Below, piece after piece: positions 38,081 through 50,236 of a stretch of 64,000 nucleotides of DNA. Below the pieces are notes generated by a model, which searched no databases, was not told where the DNA came from, and worked only from the letters and a program-made list of their open reading frames with translations. The position numbers and the translations under genes were made by a program. Source of the stretch: Perna viridis (taxonomy: Eukaryota); contig CM074518.1 of assembly GCA_037379345.1 (NCBI GenBank), forward strand, positions 3,224,001 through 3,288,000. The letters run 5' to 3'. Positions within the stretch are counted from its first letter, which is position 1. Every line of letters begins with the position of its first letter.

Positions 38081-40589
38081 TTCTTATAGCACAACAGATA
38101 GCTGTTTTCTTTTAAGTTAATAATGTAAATTGAATTGTCTCTAACAATATGGCTACTTTAAGGAACCATTCACAGTTGATATTATGTCAAGTTTTTTTCT
38201 TTATATGTTTCAGTGAAAAAAGTTGCCTATAAACTAACCAGATTGAAGTATCTTTTTCTTTCTTTTCTGCTTTATTACTATTTTGGTTGTTTTACAATTC
38301 ATGAAACCTTTTTAACAAAAATCAAATTAATATGTGAATGTTCTTTCTTATTCTTTATGACTTGAATTGAATTTTGCAACAAGGAAATTATTTTAGACTG
38401 TTGAGTTTCTGTATTTTTGTGACTGTGTTTTATGCCTCAGTTGGACAAATTAGGATGTCTCAGTTTTTAGGCTTTTAATAGTTTGGTCAATTTATGAATT
38501 CAAATGCACTTGAAGAGTACATTTCCAATGGGGTTGATGGTGAACAGATAAATCTATGAAGCCTTATCTTGAACAAGGAAAATTGATTCCATGGTACAAA
38601 AGTACTTAACCAGTACAAGTACATTTGTTTGAATCCTGTATGTCTGGAACAAAGTAGTACAGCAAACCCTTTCCGATCTTCCTTGCACTGGTTGAAAACT
38701 TAGATCAAAATAAAAATGATACATTTTTTTTGCATTAAGTACTTTCAATGTTTTTAAATGTTTTGAGCACTACCTCCTTAACTTTTTATTCCTAATCTGT
38801 TGGGAAACAGGGATATTTGGTCATGACCGTAGAAAAGGGGATGTTTGGTCATGCCTGGAGAAAAGAGATGCTTGGCAGTGACTGTAGAAAAACTGTTCAT
38901 CCCATGGTCAGTTAGTCAATTTGTTCATCCATAATTGGTTTTAAGCACAATACTTATGCTTACCTTGATTGATTTGAATTGGCCATCTATTATTATTTTG
39001 GGGAAAATAAGCAACAGGCAACAAATTTTAGAGCAGAAAAGAGCATTTAGTATTGAATCTGTTTGGTATGTTTTGTTTATTTCCTATCTGTTTACTTGTA
39101 GCATTTCTTTTTGAAGGATGCACTGTCAATACTAATTCAAATTTGCAAGAAATGTAGGCTTATGTTGTCATTTGAATGCTGGGTGACGTAATCGTTGATT
39201 ATCATGATACAAGTTTAATGTGGAAGTATGCTAATTGCTTTATGTAATTTCTATTTAGTCGCTTGATTGAATAGATACACTTGTTTGCCCCTGTTTTTTG
39301 GGAAGCATGTTTTAGTTGGTAGTTTAATTCTGTTTGCCGGGAGCAGTTCTGCTTGTATGATTAAGATGATGATAGGCTAATTTCTGTATTAACCATTTGT
39401 ATAGAACCAACAGGAAATTACTTTTCACAATGGTGAAAAAGGCATTTTATTGAAAAGCTGTTTAAAACTGATATTAGGAGGTGGATAATAGTGTATCTTG
39501 AGACTATACAATTATAGTTAGTTAAGGAATTCAGGTTAATTCTGAAGCCAGACATGAAACTCAAATGATTAATTCTAAAAACATCAATTTAAACATTATT
39601 GTATTGATTTCATATTAAAATTATGAGGGAATCAGTGGTAAAATTACAAACATGTGATCATTTTCTGCTTGCAATTTCTGAGCATTATTATTATGGCTTT
39701 ATTGCTAAGACAGTCTTTATGAGGAGGCATCTTGTGGCAGGGGAGTGTAACATATGGCTAATCTATCATTATCTTACCACAGAAGTATCATATGTCTCTC
39801 TGTTAATGCTGTAGGTAGGAAGGATTTCAACTGGAAACCAGTTGTTTGCAACACTAACTGAATGTACAAAACAAAATAAGAAGACAATTTGCCAAGATTT
39901 ATAATCATACCCCATGCAATGTGATGCAGGCTTGTAAATATTTTTAGCAGTCTGTCAATGTCCATCATGACCAATTTCCTCAAAACTTCAGTGAATATTT
40001 CATAGTGATAAAAGCTTGAATTGATTGATTTTCACAGTTTGGGGACTTAAACTTTAATGGGCATAATGTCTTTACTTTTCTAAAAAGTGAAATTGTGGAT
40101 GCTTGGGATATTGTTAGCATGCTCACTAAGGTTCTTTATAATAATAATATAGTAGGTCATACATTTTGGTTGGAATTTTAGATGTTTAAAGACTACTAAT
40201 TTATCCTAAACTAACAGCTTCTGATGAAATCACCCCCAGCAACACATGTTGTGTAACAAGTGTCATCCGATCCTCCCACATTACTTTGTATGTAGGCAGC
40301 TCCCAAAATCATTTTCTTCAACTGCTCAATCATTTTCTTACTTTCTATTTAGAGTTACTGGTAATAAGAAGAATAATAATGCTGAAAATCCAAATAAAGA
40401 CTATAGAAATGGTAATGTTATTATATTGTCCATTGTCTGTGTCTGTGCCTTTAAGCTTTTCTTTAATTAATTTTGAGTACTTGAAAACAAAATAATATAT
40501 TCTTTACAGGACAAAAGTTAAGTGAATTTTGCTTTCTTTAAACTATTTTAGAAGTCTTACATTTCATATTGATAAAATAATGGAATATG

Positions 40590-41480
40590 TTATTGCATGC
40601 CCCTCACTTTCTGTTGAAATAACTTATTTCCTGCCCCCCTCACTTTCATTTAAAAAATCTTATTGCCTGCCCCCTCACTTTCTATTGGAATATTGTATTG
40701 CCTGCTCCTTTACTTTCTATTGAAATATCTTATTGCCTGCCCTCTCACTTTTTATTGAAATATCTCATTGCCTGCTCCTTCACTTTCTATTGAAATAACT
40801 TATTGCCTGCCCTCTCACTTTTTATTGAAATATCTCATTGCCTGCTCCTTCACATTCTATTGAAATAACTTATTGCCTGCCCTCTCACTTTTTATTGAAA
40901 TATCTCATTGCCTGCTCCTTCACTTTCTATTGAAATATCTTATTGCCTGCCCTCTCACTTTTTATTGAAATATCTCATTGCCTGCTCCTTCACATTCTAT
41001 TGAAATAACTTATTGCCTGCCCCCTCACTTTCTATTGAAATATCTTATTGCCTGTTTCTTCACTTTCTGTTGAAATAATGTGTTGCTTGTTCCTTCACCT
41101 TCTATTGAAATATCTTATTGCCTGTTCCTTCACTTTCTGTTGAAATAATGTGTTGCTTGTTCCTTCACCTTCTATTGAAATATCTTATTGCCTGTTTCTT
41201 CACTTTCTGTTGAAATAATGTGTTGCTTGTTCCTTCACCTTCTATTGAAATATCTTATTGCCTGTTTCTTCACTTTCTGTTGAAATAATGTGTTGCTTGT
41301 TCCTTCACCTTCTATTGAAATATCTTATTGCCTGTTTCTTCACTTTCTGTTGAAATAATGTGTTGCTTGTTCCTTCACCTTCTATTGAAATATCTTATTG
41401 CCTGTTTCTTCACTTTCTGTTGAAATAATGTGTTGCTTGTTCCTTCACCTTCTATTGAAATATCTGTTCCTTTCTATTGA
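40590..41480. repeat. 35-bp minisatellite organised as two different 70-bp higher-order arrays
   Basis: TATTGCCTGC recurs at 40731, 40801, 40871, 40941 and 41011. TGTTGCTTGT recurs every 70 bp from 41081 to 41431. Confidence 0.95.
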
Positions 41481-42315
41481 ACTTTCTGTCCATCCTTCCA
41501 TCCATACTTAGACATATACCTTAAGGTATTTTGGTTCTCAAATGGAAATGATGGACACAGTACTGTTGTCAGTATGTCAAAGGGCAATGTGACCAGATAT
41601 GTGTGGAATCTGGTGCACTTTTCATGTTAGCTTTGTGTTGTACATATATAGTGGACTTAACAATTAATGTAGATCATCTCTGTTTCATGTATTTGGATTT
41701 TCCTTGCAAGTTGTTTCTAGTATAAATGTACTAAAAGTTGAATCCGAAAACTGATCTTTGAAAATCAAGGAATCAACAATTAGAATTTCATGGCAGTCTG
41801 TATTTGGTAACATTGTATTTGTCTTATTATTACATGATATATAATAGTGATTTTATTGCTTTATATTAACCAATGAACATATGAATTTGATGACAAATTA
41901 GGTCATATGTGTAACAGCTGAGGCAGAGAAAAAATGATATGATTTATTATTGACAAGTCTTTATACCTGGATAATAATATCTTGACATACATTATAGAAT
42001 CTGTAAGTTGATATTTTAAAACGAATTATGACGTTTCTCTATAAAGTCACATTCATCATTGATGCTAAATTATGATTGATGAAGAAGTCATTGTTTATTA
42101 TTGTATGTGATTATCTATGGACTAAACCCATTTTGTCATGACTATAAAATGTCTTATTAGCCTCTCTGTCTTGGACCTTTGTCATCTGATTTTCTTTGAA
42201 TTATCGTTAAAATCTTTGAAAGATTTCATGGGGAATTGACTAGTCTTAAAATTGTTTCACACCACAAAAATGCTTATGATTAAAGAGTACAAGTTTAAAG
42301 TTGTGGGATGTGTTC

Positions 42316-43350
42316 AGGTTACTGTTAATACTTTGTACAAAGGTTGCTGTTAACTGTTAATATTTGGTACAATGGTAGCTGTTAACTGTTAATACTTATA
42401 TGACGGTAGCTGTTTACTGTTAATACTTTGTACGATGGTAGCTGTTTTCTGTTGATACTTTGTACGATGGTAGCTGTTTACTGTTGATACTTTGTAAGAT
42501 GGTAGCTGTTTACTGTTGATACTTTGTACGATGGTAGCTGTTTACTGTTGATTCTTCATACGCCGGTAGCTGTTTACAGTTGATACTTTGTACGACGGGG
42601 CCCCTTGCAGGTCTGGGTGTCAAAGAATAGGCCTGCAGCAGTGCTAAGCTTGTCGTAAAAGGCGACTAAATAGTGCTCAGAACCTTAGCCTGGGACTAGG
42701 GCGCTCTGCCCACAGAGCAACTAGGTTGTGTGCACTAGGTGGTGGAATGGGGTACCCCTGGTGTGTTACATACTTGGGTTGTCAGGCTATAATACGGAAA
42801 ACCAGACTACAAACCATAGTGGTGCATTGTGTTGGGAAAGATTTCACATTCCTCGCACGTTAAAGAACCCTACTGTGGTATTCTCCCTGAGTAGGAACCA
42901 TTGGGCTCCGCCACAGGAGGCTAAATTGCCCGACCCACCTCTCCCTATTTCCAGTGGCAATCAAAATTTGTCGACCCCATTATCCTTGTGTCCCGTCCCA
43001 TTTTTCATTTCATCATCATTTCATGTTCATTTTATCATCCACTTCATGTTCATCGCCTGAATATAGCTGAAATATTGCTGCTCGGGTGTTAAACCCCAAC
43101 AAACAAACAATTGTATGACGGTAGCTGTTAACTGTTGATACTTTGTACATGGTAGCTGTTAACTGTTAATAATTTGTACGACGGTAGCTGTTTTCTGTTA
43201 ATACTTAGTAAATGGTAGCTGTTAACTGTTAATACTTTGTACGACGGTAGCTGTTTTCTGTTAATACTTTGTACGACGGTTGCTGTTTATTGTGAACACT
43301 TTATACTATGGTAGCTGTTTACTGTTAATACTTTGTATGAATGTAGCTGT
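42316..43350. repeat. 32-bp minisatellite split by a SINE-like insertion
   Basis: GGTAGCTGTTTACTGTTAATACTTTGTACGAT units on both sides of 42599-43110. Confidence 0.93.
42599..43110 (+). mobile_element. SINE-like retroposon, copy 2 (512 bp)
   Basis: 11-bp TSD TTGTACGACGG/TTGTATGACGG (42588-42598, 43111-43121). GCACGTTAAAGAACCC core resembles the Deu/Nin SINE domain. Tail GTTAAACCCCAAC(AAAC)n. No tRNA A or B boxes recognisable. Confidence 0.85.
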
Positions 43351-43815
43351 GGAGTATGAAAAGTTTACTGTTAGTTTTGTACAATTGTAGTATCTATAGA
43401 GATGTTCATCCTACATTTGAATGCCATGTTTTTCTTCTATGTTACAGTGCTTGCCTTTAGCCACAAGCCCGAAGCCTGGGGCTAGTAAAAATTGCTTCGG
43501 GCTAGTGAAATGATGTGTACATGTCTTGTTTCGGGCTAGTTGAATCATATGCAGTCCTCTATTATTTGGGCTAGTCATTGATAATTTTGAAGGAAAGGAC
43601 TGACGTTAATATGAATAAAGTTTGATACTTCTTTGTTGGGAGACCTCAGAGCACTACTAAGAATTCTATTCCTTTCTGTTCAGGTTTTTGGTTCATATAA
43701 ACTTTAGTAATGGTATTCAGTTCGGGCAACTGATTGGTCTGATATGTGTACATTTTCTCCGTACATACATGTCGAGTCAGATGTTAAAAGGCATATGACT
43801 ATGGGGAGGGCAGTG

Positions 43816-43985
43816 GATGGTTCTATTACCTTTACCATACATGGATGATTCCATTAACTTTTGCCATGCATGGATGATTCCATTTACTTTTGCCATACAT
43901 GATTCCATTACCTTCACCATACATGGATGGTTCCATTACCTTTACCATATATGGATGATTCCATTACCTTTACCATACATGGATG
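43816..43985. repeat. ~28-bp minisatellite, ~6 copies
   Basis: ATGGATGATTCCATTACCTTTACCATAC repeated. Confidence 0.9.
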
Positions 43986-44512
43986 TGAAATCAAGACATA
44001 CCATGATAACAACATTCTGTTCAATGTAAAAATTTAGAGGCCAACAAAATGGTGCTATCTGGAACATGCACATTCCATGGAATATACAGAATGAAAGCAT
44101 ACAGAAAACTAAAATTGAATGAACAATGTGGGTTTGTTCAGGTTTAAAAATATATATGTATTGTTTCAATTGAAAACAAAATGGAGCATACTTGCTTGTC
44201 TTTTCAGTAAATTGGAATCATAATAATAATAACAATACTATGTTAAAGAGATTTGCATTTTATCAGAATAAGTTACAGAGTACTTATTAATGTTAGTGGG
44301 AGTATTCAAGAATATCTAAATGTAAATTTGATAAAATTTGTATATTCTGTTGTTACAGGCAATTTTAAGTATGATGCATGTGCTTATTACTGTATAAAGA
44401 TGAACTTTGACATCACTGGTAATCACTTTTATATAAAATATTTGTATCTGATTTATGTATTTACAGATAGCTATGATTGTACATAGATGTAAAGGTTAAA
44501 ATTTAGGACAAG

Positions 44513-44669
44513 ATGTTACCTGAGCCAGAGAAAATGAATGGTTCAACTGTAAAGACGGAACCTACCTCAGAAATAAAGGAGGAAATCAAAGAAGAAAGTC
44601 TGTCTGACCCAAATCTGTCCAAAAGTCACTCTGGCCCTCCCAGTAATAAACTGACTAATGGTGAAACAG
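44513..44669 (+). CDS. BCL9: BCL9/Legless coding exon 1 (MLPEPEK...NGET)
   Basis: Acceptor TTTACAG at 44466, ATG in AAGATGT context, CAG|GTAAAG donor (phase 1). Phase is compatible with the downstream exons. Confidence 0.75.
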
Positions 44670-44840
44670 GTAAAGTATATCCACTACCAAGACATGGTCA
44701 AACATAGACTAATGGTGATACAGGTAAAGTATATCCACAACCAAGACATGGTCAAACATAGACTAATGGTGAAACAGGTAAAGTATATCCACAACCAAGG
44801 CATGGTCAAACATAGACTAATGGGGAAACAGGTAAAGTAT
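44653..44840. repeat. 54-bp tandem repeat (3.5 copies) spanning the exon/intron junction
   Basis: GACTAATGGTGAAACAGGTAAAGTAT recurs at 44653, 44707, 44761 and 44815. Confidence 0.95.
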
Positions 44841-44854
44841 CCTCATGACCTAGA

Positions 44855-45190
44855 TTTGATCCATCCATCTATCCACATTTCTTCTAAGCACAACTCCTCC
44901 TAAACCACTCAAGGGATTTTGATGAAATTTTATGGAAATTTTGAGTATCATATGTAGATATGCATGAAGGAATTTAATTACTTTTGGAGGACTCTAAAGG
45001 GAGATAATCTTATTTAAAGGTTTTACATGGTAAAACCTTGTAATGCAACTCTTCCTATACTGCTCTAGGGATTTTGATGTAATTTTATAGGAAGGTTTGG
45101 TATCATATGTAGATGTGCATAAAGGAATATAAATGGATGATGCCAAAAGGTGATAATCCAGCAAGTGTTTTTCATTGCAGCTGGGATATT
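44855..45190 (+). mobile_element. Degenerate Helentron-type element with two ~165-bp units
   Basis: ATCC microsatellite, then duplicated CAACTCYTCCTA...GGGATTTTGATG...GTATCATATGTAGATRTGCAT. Confidence 0.55.
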
Positions 45191-47788
45191 ATCTTTGTGA
45201 GCTTGCTCACAGTATTTCTGGTTTTATTTACCGACTTATGTAAAAGTAGCCTTATTCGTTTCTATATGGTAACAATTTTGCTTTGTGACCAACTTCAAAC
45301 CAAAAACTTAAGTTTTCCATCAAAAGACAAACTAATGTTTTTTTCCTCTCAAGTCACTGAATTATTTGCATTTAGTCCTTTATAAGTGTAATCTATACTT
45401 AGATTGATTTTACCTACTTATAAAACCACAGGGAACCAGTTGTTTCACATAATTTTTTTTTCACTGAGTACTCAGAAGTTATATCTAAATGACACCCAGT
45501 AACATCAACATTGTAACAGTCAGGATTATTACAAAAAATCAACATTTAAAAATTTAAGATTTTTCGTTAAAAAAATTTAAATGAGTTTTTAAGCTGACAT
45601 GTTTTCTCCTGATATTTTATAAATGTAGTTATCTGTTTAAGGGAAGATAAGATGTATTTCTCTATCTGCACTGATTTTCTTAATAAGAATTCATTGTGAT
45701 TTTACAGACATTCTTTAAGCATTAACCATTCCAAGTATATTGTGATAAAACACCCTTTCTTTCCCACTAAGGATTACAGTTGTAGGTTCAGTTTTCGTTG
45801 ATCTGTTCCTTTAAAGAATATCTTACAAATTTCTCTGCTAGTTTTCCAGTATGATATTGAAAAATATTTTATATGCTTCTCTTGTTTTAATTCATTTCAT
45901 AACTAACTATAACTTGAATAAGTATGCCATACTTAGTCTATCATAATTTGTCATTCTGAGTTTTAGATTTTAGTTAATTCTACCATTGTTGTATATATTG
46001 ATAAGTCAACCACTGTCCTCAATAATTAGCCATTGCCTGGATAGTATATAAATAATAACTTCAATTTTTTAAAATGTAAAGAGGATCAATGAATTCAGTT
46101 TAATAATATTACCAACAGCATATTGACTATATAACGTTTGATTTTTCCCTCGTCACTATAATAGGCTGATATATGTGAAGTTTGTTTTTTTCTATTGATT
46201 TTCTGCTATTTCGGTCTTTAATGATGCTCCTCTACAGAAGATAATGTCATTCCCATTTATATTTATCAAGAAAACCTTAAAAACTCTAGCTCAATTAAAA
46301 ATTGAACAGAAGAAGGTGTTACTTGGACGTAAATTCCACCTTATATGGTTGTATTAAACTTCTAGACAATAATCTTGTAGAAAATGATTGTTTTTCCTGG
46401 AAGACATTTGTGGGTAAATAATGCTCTGAAAACTTAACGATCAATATTGTTAGAGACAAATGATGATGAGTTCTTTCTTATTATTACTATGTAGTTTCTG
46501 TCTAATTCATTTTTTTTTTATAGTAATTTACTATGATATCAAAATTACAGTCTAAAATCTAGAAATTCATAGCATTGCACAAAGTTCAGTTTTCACTAGG
46601 CTCTTCTAAAATTCATAAAAAATAAAACACCGATTGATTGGGTTAGATTTAGTCATTTACTGATGATAAACTCCATGATTTGCTAGAAAGGTGAAAATTT
46701 CTCATTTTACAATTGTTGAGTTGTGTATTTTGTTCAGTAGATATGGTTTATATAACCTTTGTGAGCTTTTCCTTAAAATCTCATTACATTAAAGGAAACA
46801 TTGATAATCAGCTAGATACACTCTGATTGACTTTGAACAGTTGAAGTCAGTTTTATGTCATACAAATTTTCTCTGAACAATCCCTGAAGGTTTTTAGCAT
46901 TTCATGGAGCACTGATTTACTAAGACTTTGTTTGATTTTCCAATTATTGATTATCATTGAAATTTTGTGAAGCATGAAAATAGCAGATATTAAAGCACCA
47001 CGAAAATTGTTACAATTCCATTACATACTATTTATATAACTGTGTGTTATGTAGTTGGAAATGAATCCATTATTATCCTTCCATGTTTGGGTCTCATGGG
47101 AATTTGTCAGAGGAATGGAATGACATGGTAGAAAAATTTAATGTTCTGTAGACTAATAGGCCTCAAATCCAGACTAAATTGGATACTGAGAATCTCACGG
47201 AAGCAGCAATAGCTTTAAAATCCAGACTTTTTAGAATGAAAATTTGATGAAGTAATCAATTTAGAACAAGTTATGTTCTGTATCCTACATCCTTGATGTG
47301 TTTAGCAAGACCTAAATATTTATGAAACAATCAGTCTTATTTTTATTGTACTGATCTAAAATTCATGAAAATGAAAGTCAAGATCTTTAAAAGTATGCAG
47401 CTAAATTAAAATCCATGATATCATAACAGTCTTTTAATAAATTAGAAATGTTTTTGTATGACTAAAATATTTAATACATTAAAGTATTTAAGACATTCTT
47501 CCATTAAAAAAAAATTAATAAATTGCAGTGATGCTGACACATTTTGTTTTGTATGCCATGTCTATAAAATGTAATAAGATTGATAACAATCATGGTATAA
47601 TTGCTAAGTTTAAGACTTGGAGCTGGACATTTTCCCTTGAAAACCAGAAGAGGCTAGCCCATTTAGTGCACCTTGAGTTAGTCCTGTGCTTTAAGTTTAA
47701 TGTAATCTTTTTTTTTTAGTAACAACTTGATGTTTATCTCCCTTTATTTGTACATTTGATTACTAATGTATATTTGTTTATTTTGTAG

Positions 47789-47848
47789 ATAATAATAACC
47801 AAAAAGGTGAGATGAGTGCTAATGTCAAGACTGAAAACAATGGACAAG
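47789..47848 (+). CDS. BCL9: BCL9 coding exon 2 (60 nt; an 18-nt form ending at 47806 is also possible)
   Basis: TTTTGTAG acceptor. Reads (D)NNNQKGEMSANVKTENNGQ, phase 1 to phase 1. Donors AAG|GTGAGA (47807) and AAG|GTATCT (47849) both keep the frame. Confidence 0.6.
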
Positions 47849-48942
47849 GTATCTATTCTGCAGGTCACATGATGTAGCATTCAAAAATTTAAAAAAAAAC
47901 CATGACAAACGAATAAGGTTGTTGAAAATAATAAATTTAAGTTAAAGAAGTTACTTCCCTGAATATGAAACATGGAAAAGCAAATATAAACTGTTTCATT
48001 ACAGAAATAAGTCTCAGCTGACACCAGACTGATCATATCAACTGAAGTGTTGCACATTTGTCATATACTGTCAAGTATAAATGACTTTTCTCTACAATGA
48101 CCAAAATTAAAGTTTTTTTTTTTTTTTTTTTTCATAAGATGACTTGGCAACTCACTGGATCATGTGAAGAAAGCACTTCAGGCATTAGGTTTCATTTCAT
48201 TTACTGTATTACAACTTTTTTTTTCCAAGCTGAAATTTTTTTCTTCCAAATTCAAGAATACACAAGAAATAGCTATCGTCCTTTTGAAAGTTATTACGAA
48301 TCTCTTGATACCAATTCAGAAGAAAAAAAACAAACAAATGTTATATTTATCAATGCTTTATTTGTTTCATTTTAAGAAAATCTGAAGATAATACATTCAT
48401 TTTAGTCAACATATTGTTAGGTATAAAATTAACTTTATGGCTACTGGTCAGGAAGCCAACAAATGGAAGAAAAACTACTGATTACGCCATTATCTGTAGA
48501 TATTACATAGGTGGCATTACATCTGCCTCCATTCCGAACAAAAGATTTTATGATTGTGCACAACTAACCTGTATTTTGGTGTCACAATTACATTCACCAC
48601 TTGTTTGTGCTCAGTATATAGACAGTATACACCATTTAGTAAATTAATGTATACAATGAATGACCACTAATTCAGTGAATTTTTGTGTCCATTACTTATA
48701 TACTTAGAAAATTATAATCTTTTCAATGTGAATAAATTGATATTTTATATTAGCAGATTATGTTATATCCTCATATCTTATAAGTCATATGATGTAGAAC
48801 TATATGTGTGTGCACAATTGAGGCACAAGGTCATATTGTGCAGTTGTTGATTTCAAAATTGTGCATAAATGCATTACATATGGTTGTTGTATCTTTTTTT
48901 TTAATTGGCTCTACCATTCATATGAATGTTTGAGTATTTTTG

Positions 48943-49362
48943 TTTATAGAGACAAACCAGACATTCTGTTTATAGAGACAAACCAGACATTCTGCTTGTA
49001 GAGACAAACCAGACATTCTGTTGATAGAGACAAACCAGACATTCTATTGATAGAGACAAACCAGACATTCTGCTTATAGAGACAAACCAGACATTCTGTT
49101 TATAGAGACAACCAGACATTCTGTTTATAGAGACAGACCAGACATTCTGCTTATAGAGACAAACCAGACATTCTGTTTATAGAGACAAACCAGACATTCT
49201 GCTTGTAGAGACAAACCAGACATTCTGTTGATAGAGACAAACCAGACATTCTATTGATAGAGACAAACCAGACATTCTGTTTATAGAGACAAACCAGACA
49301 TTCTGCTTATAGAGACAACCCAGACATTCTGTTTATAGAGACAAACCAGACATTCTATTGAT
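48943..49362. repeat. 26-bp minisatellite, ~16 copies
   Basis: TATAGAGACAAACCAGACATTCTGTT repeated. Confidence 0.97.
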
Positions 49363-49455
49363 ATTTTTACTATATTCTATTCTTAGGTAGATTTAAGTTA
49401 TGTTGTTTTATTAAATAATATGTATATAACATAATAATTCAGGACTTTTTGCTTT

Positions 49456-49558
49456 GTCATTATGTTACATATGGACTTGTTAGACCTCAATTGTATTGAC
49501 CTCAGACTGCATCTTCAGTCTATATAGTTCTAACAGGTCCATATAAAACATATTGACC
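49456..49558. repeat. Imperfect palindrome (MITE-like core)
   Basis: TATGTTACATATGGACTTGTTAGA pairs with TCTAACAGGTCCATATAAAACATA. Confidence 0.55.
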
Positions 49559-49901
49559 TAGTTAAAGTTTGTTAAGGTTATTCAGAATTAGGTTCGTAGG
49601 CTAATCTCTTGCAGATAAGTTGCACATTAATTAGAACTATTGAAAATTAGTGTTTTAAAGGGAGAACTTGTTTTCTAAGGAACTCATAAGGTGAAGTAAA
49701 CATGCATTGATTGCACAAAGCATTGTGTTGGTATTCAGAATAAGCATAAAACATCTTTGTGATTTTGAATCTTTCCAAACTTGAATTCAAATGATGTAAC
49801 CAAAACAAAAAACTTACTGACATAATTGTCAATCAAAATATCCATGCACAGTTGAACTGAAGATGAAATAAAAAAAAAAAAAAACATATTCTCTTTTTCA
49901 G

Positions 49902-50236
49902 CATCTGTTGGAGACAGTAATGGTCCACCACTACAGAATGATAATGTCCCTACGTCACAGAGCATGCAACAACCTCCCACCTCATCACAGCTACCGATTG
50001 TGTCTTCACCACAAGGAGTTTCTGTGTCCTCAACCAGTCATAAAACTGTCATGTCAAATAGTTCTTCTGTGGCTCATTCAATGCCTAGTGACAGTCAGTT
50101 TTTACAACAACAAAGTCAAATATTTGTGTTTTCTACAAGAATGGCAAATGATGCTGCAGATCAAGTTATGTGTGGGAAATACAAAAATATTCTTAATTTT
50201 CATATGGATCAGCCAGATACACAAAAGTTTCTACAG
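49902..50236 (+). CDS. BCL9: BCL9 coding exon 3, containing HD1 (Pygopus-binding; 50117-50215)
   Basis: QIFVFSTRMANDAADQVMCGKYKNILNFH matches the HD1 pattern (human VYVFSTEMANKAAEAVLKGQVETIVSFH). CTCTTTTTCAG acceptor and CAG|GTGATT donor (phase 0). Confidence 0.92.

Noticed and set aside
42599-42690. HDV-like fold for the SINE head (CGAC-TAAA resembles J4/2)
   Set aside because: Only ~5 nt separate the putative P2 5' strand from P4, leaving no room for P3, L3 and the P1 3' strand.
9504-43060. Numerous 60-110 aa ORFs in the ORF track within the BCL9 5' intron region
   Set aside because: They have AT-rich random composition, often non-ATG starts, and no recognisable motifs apart from the Penelope fragment at 31447.
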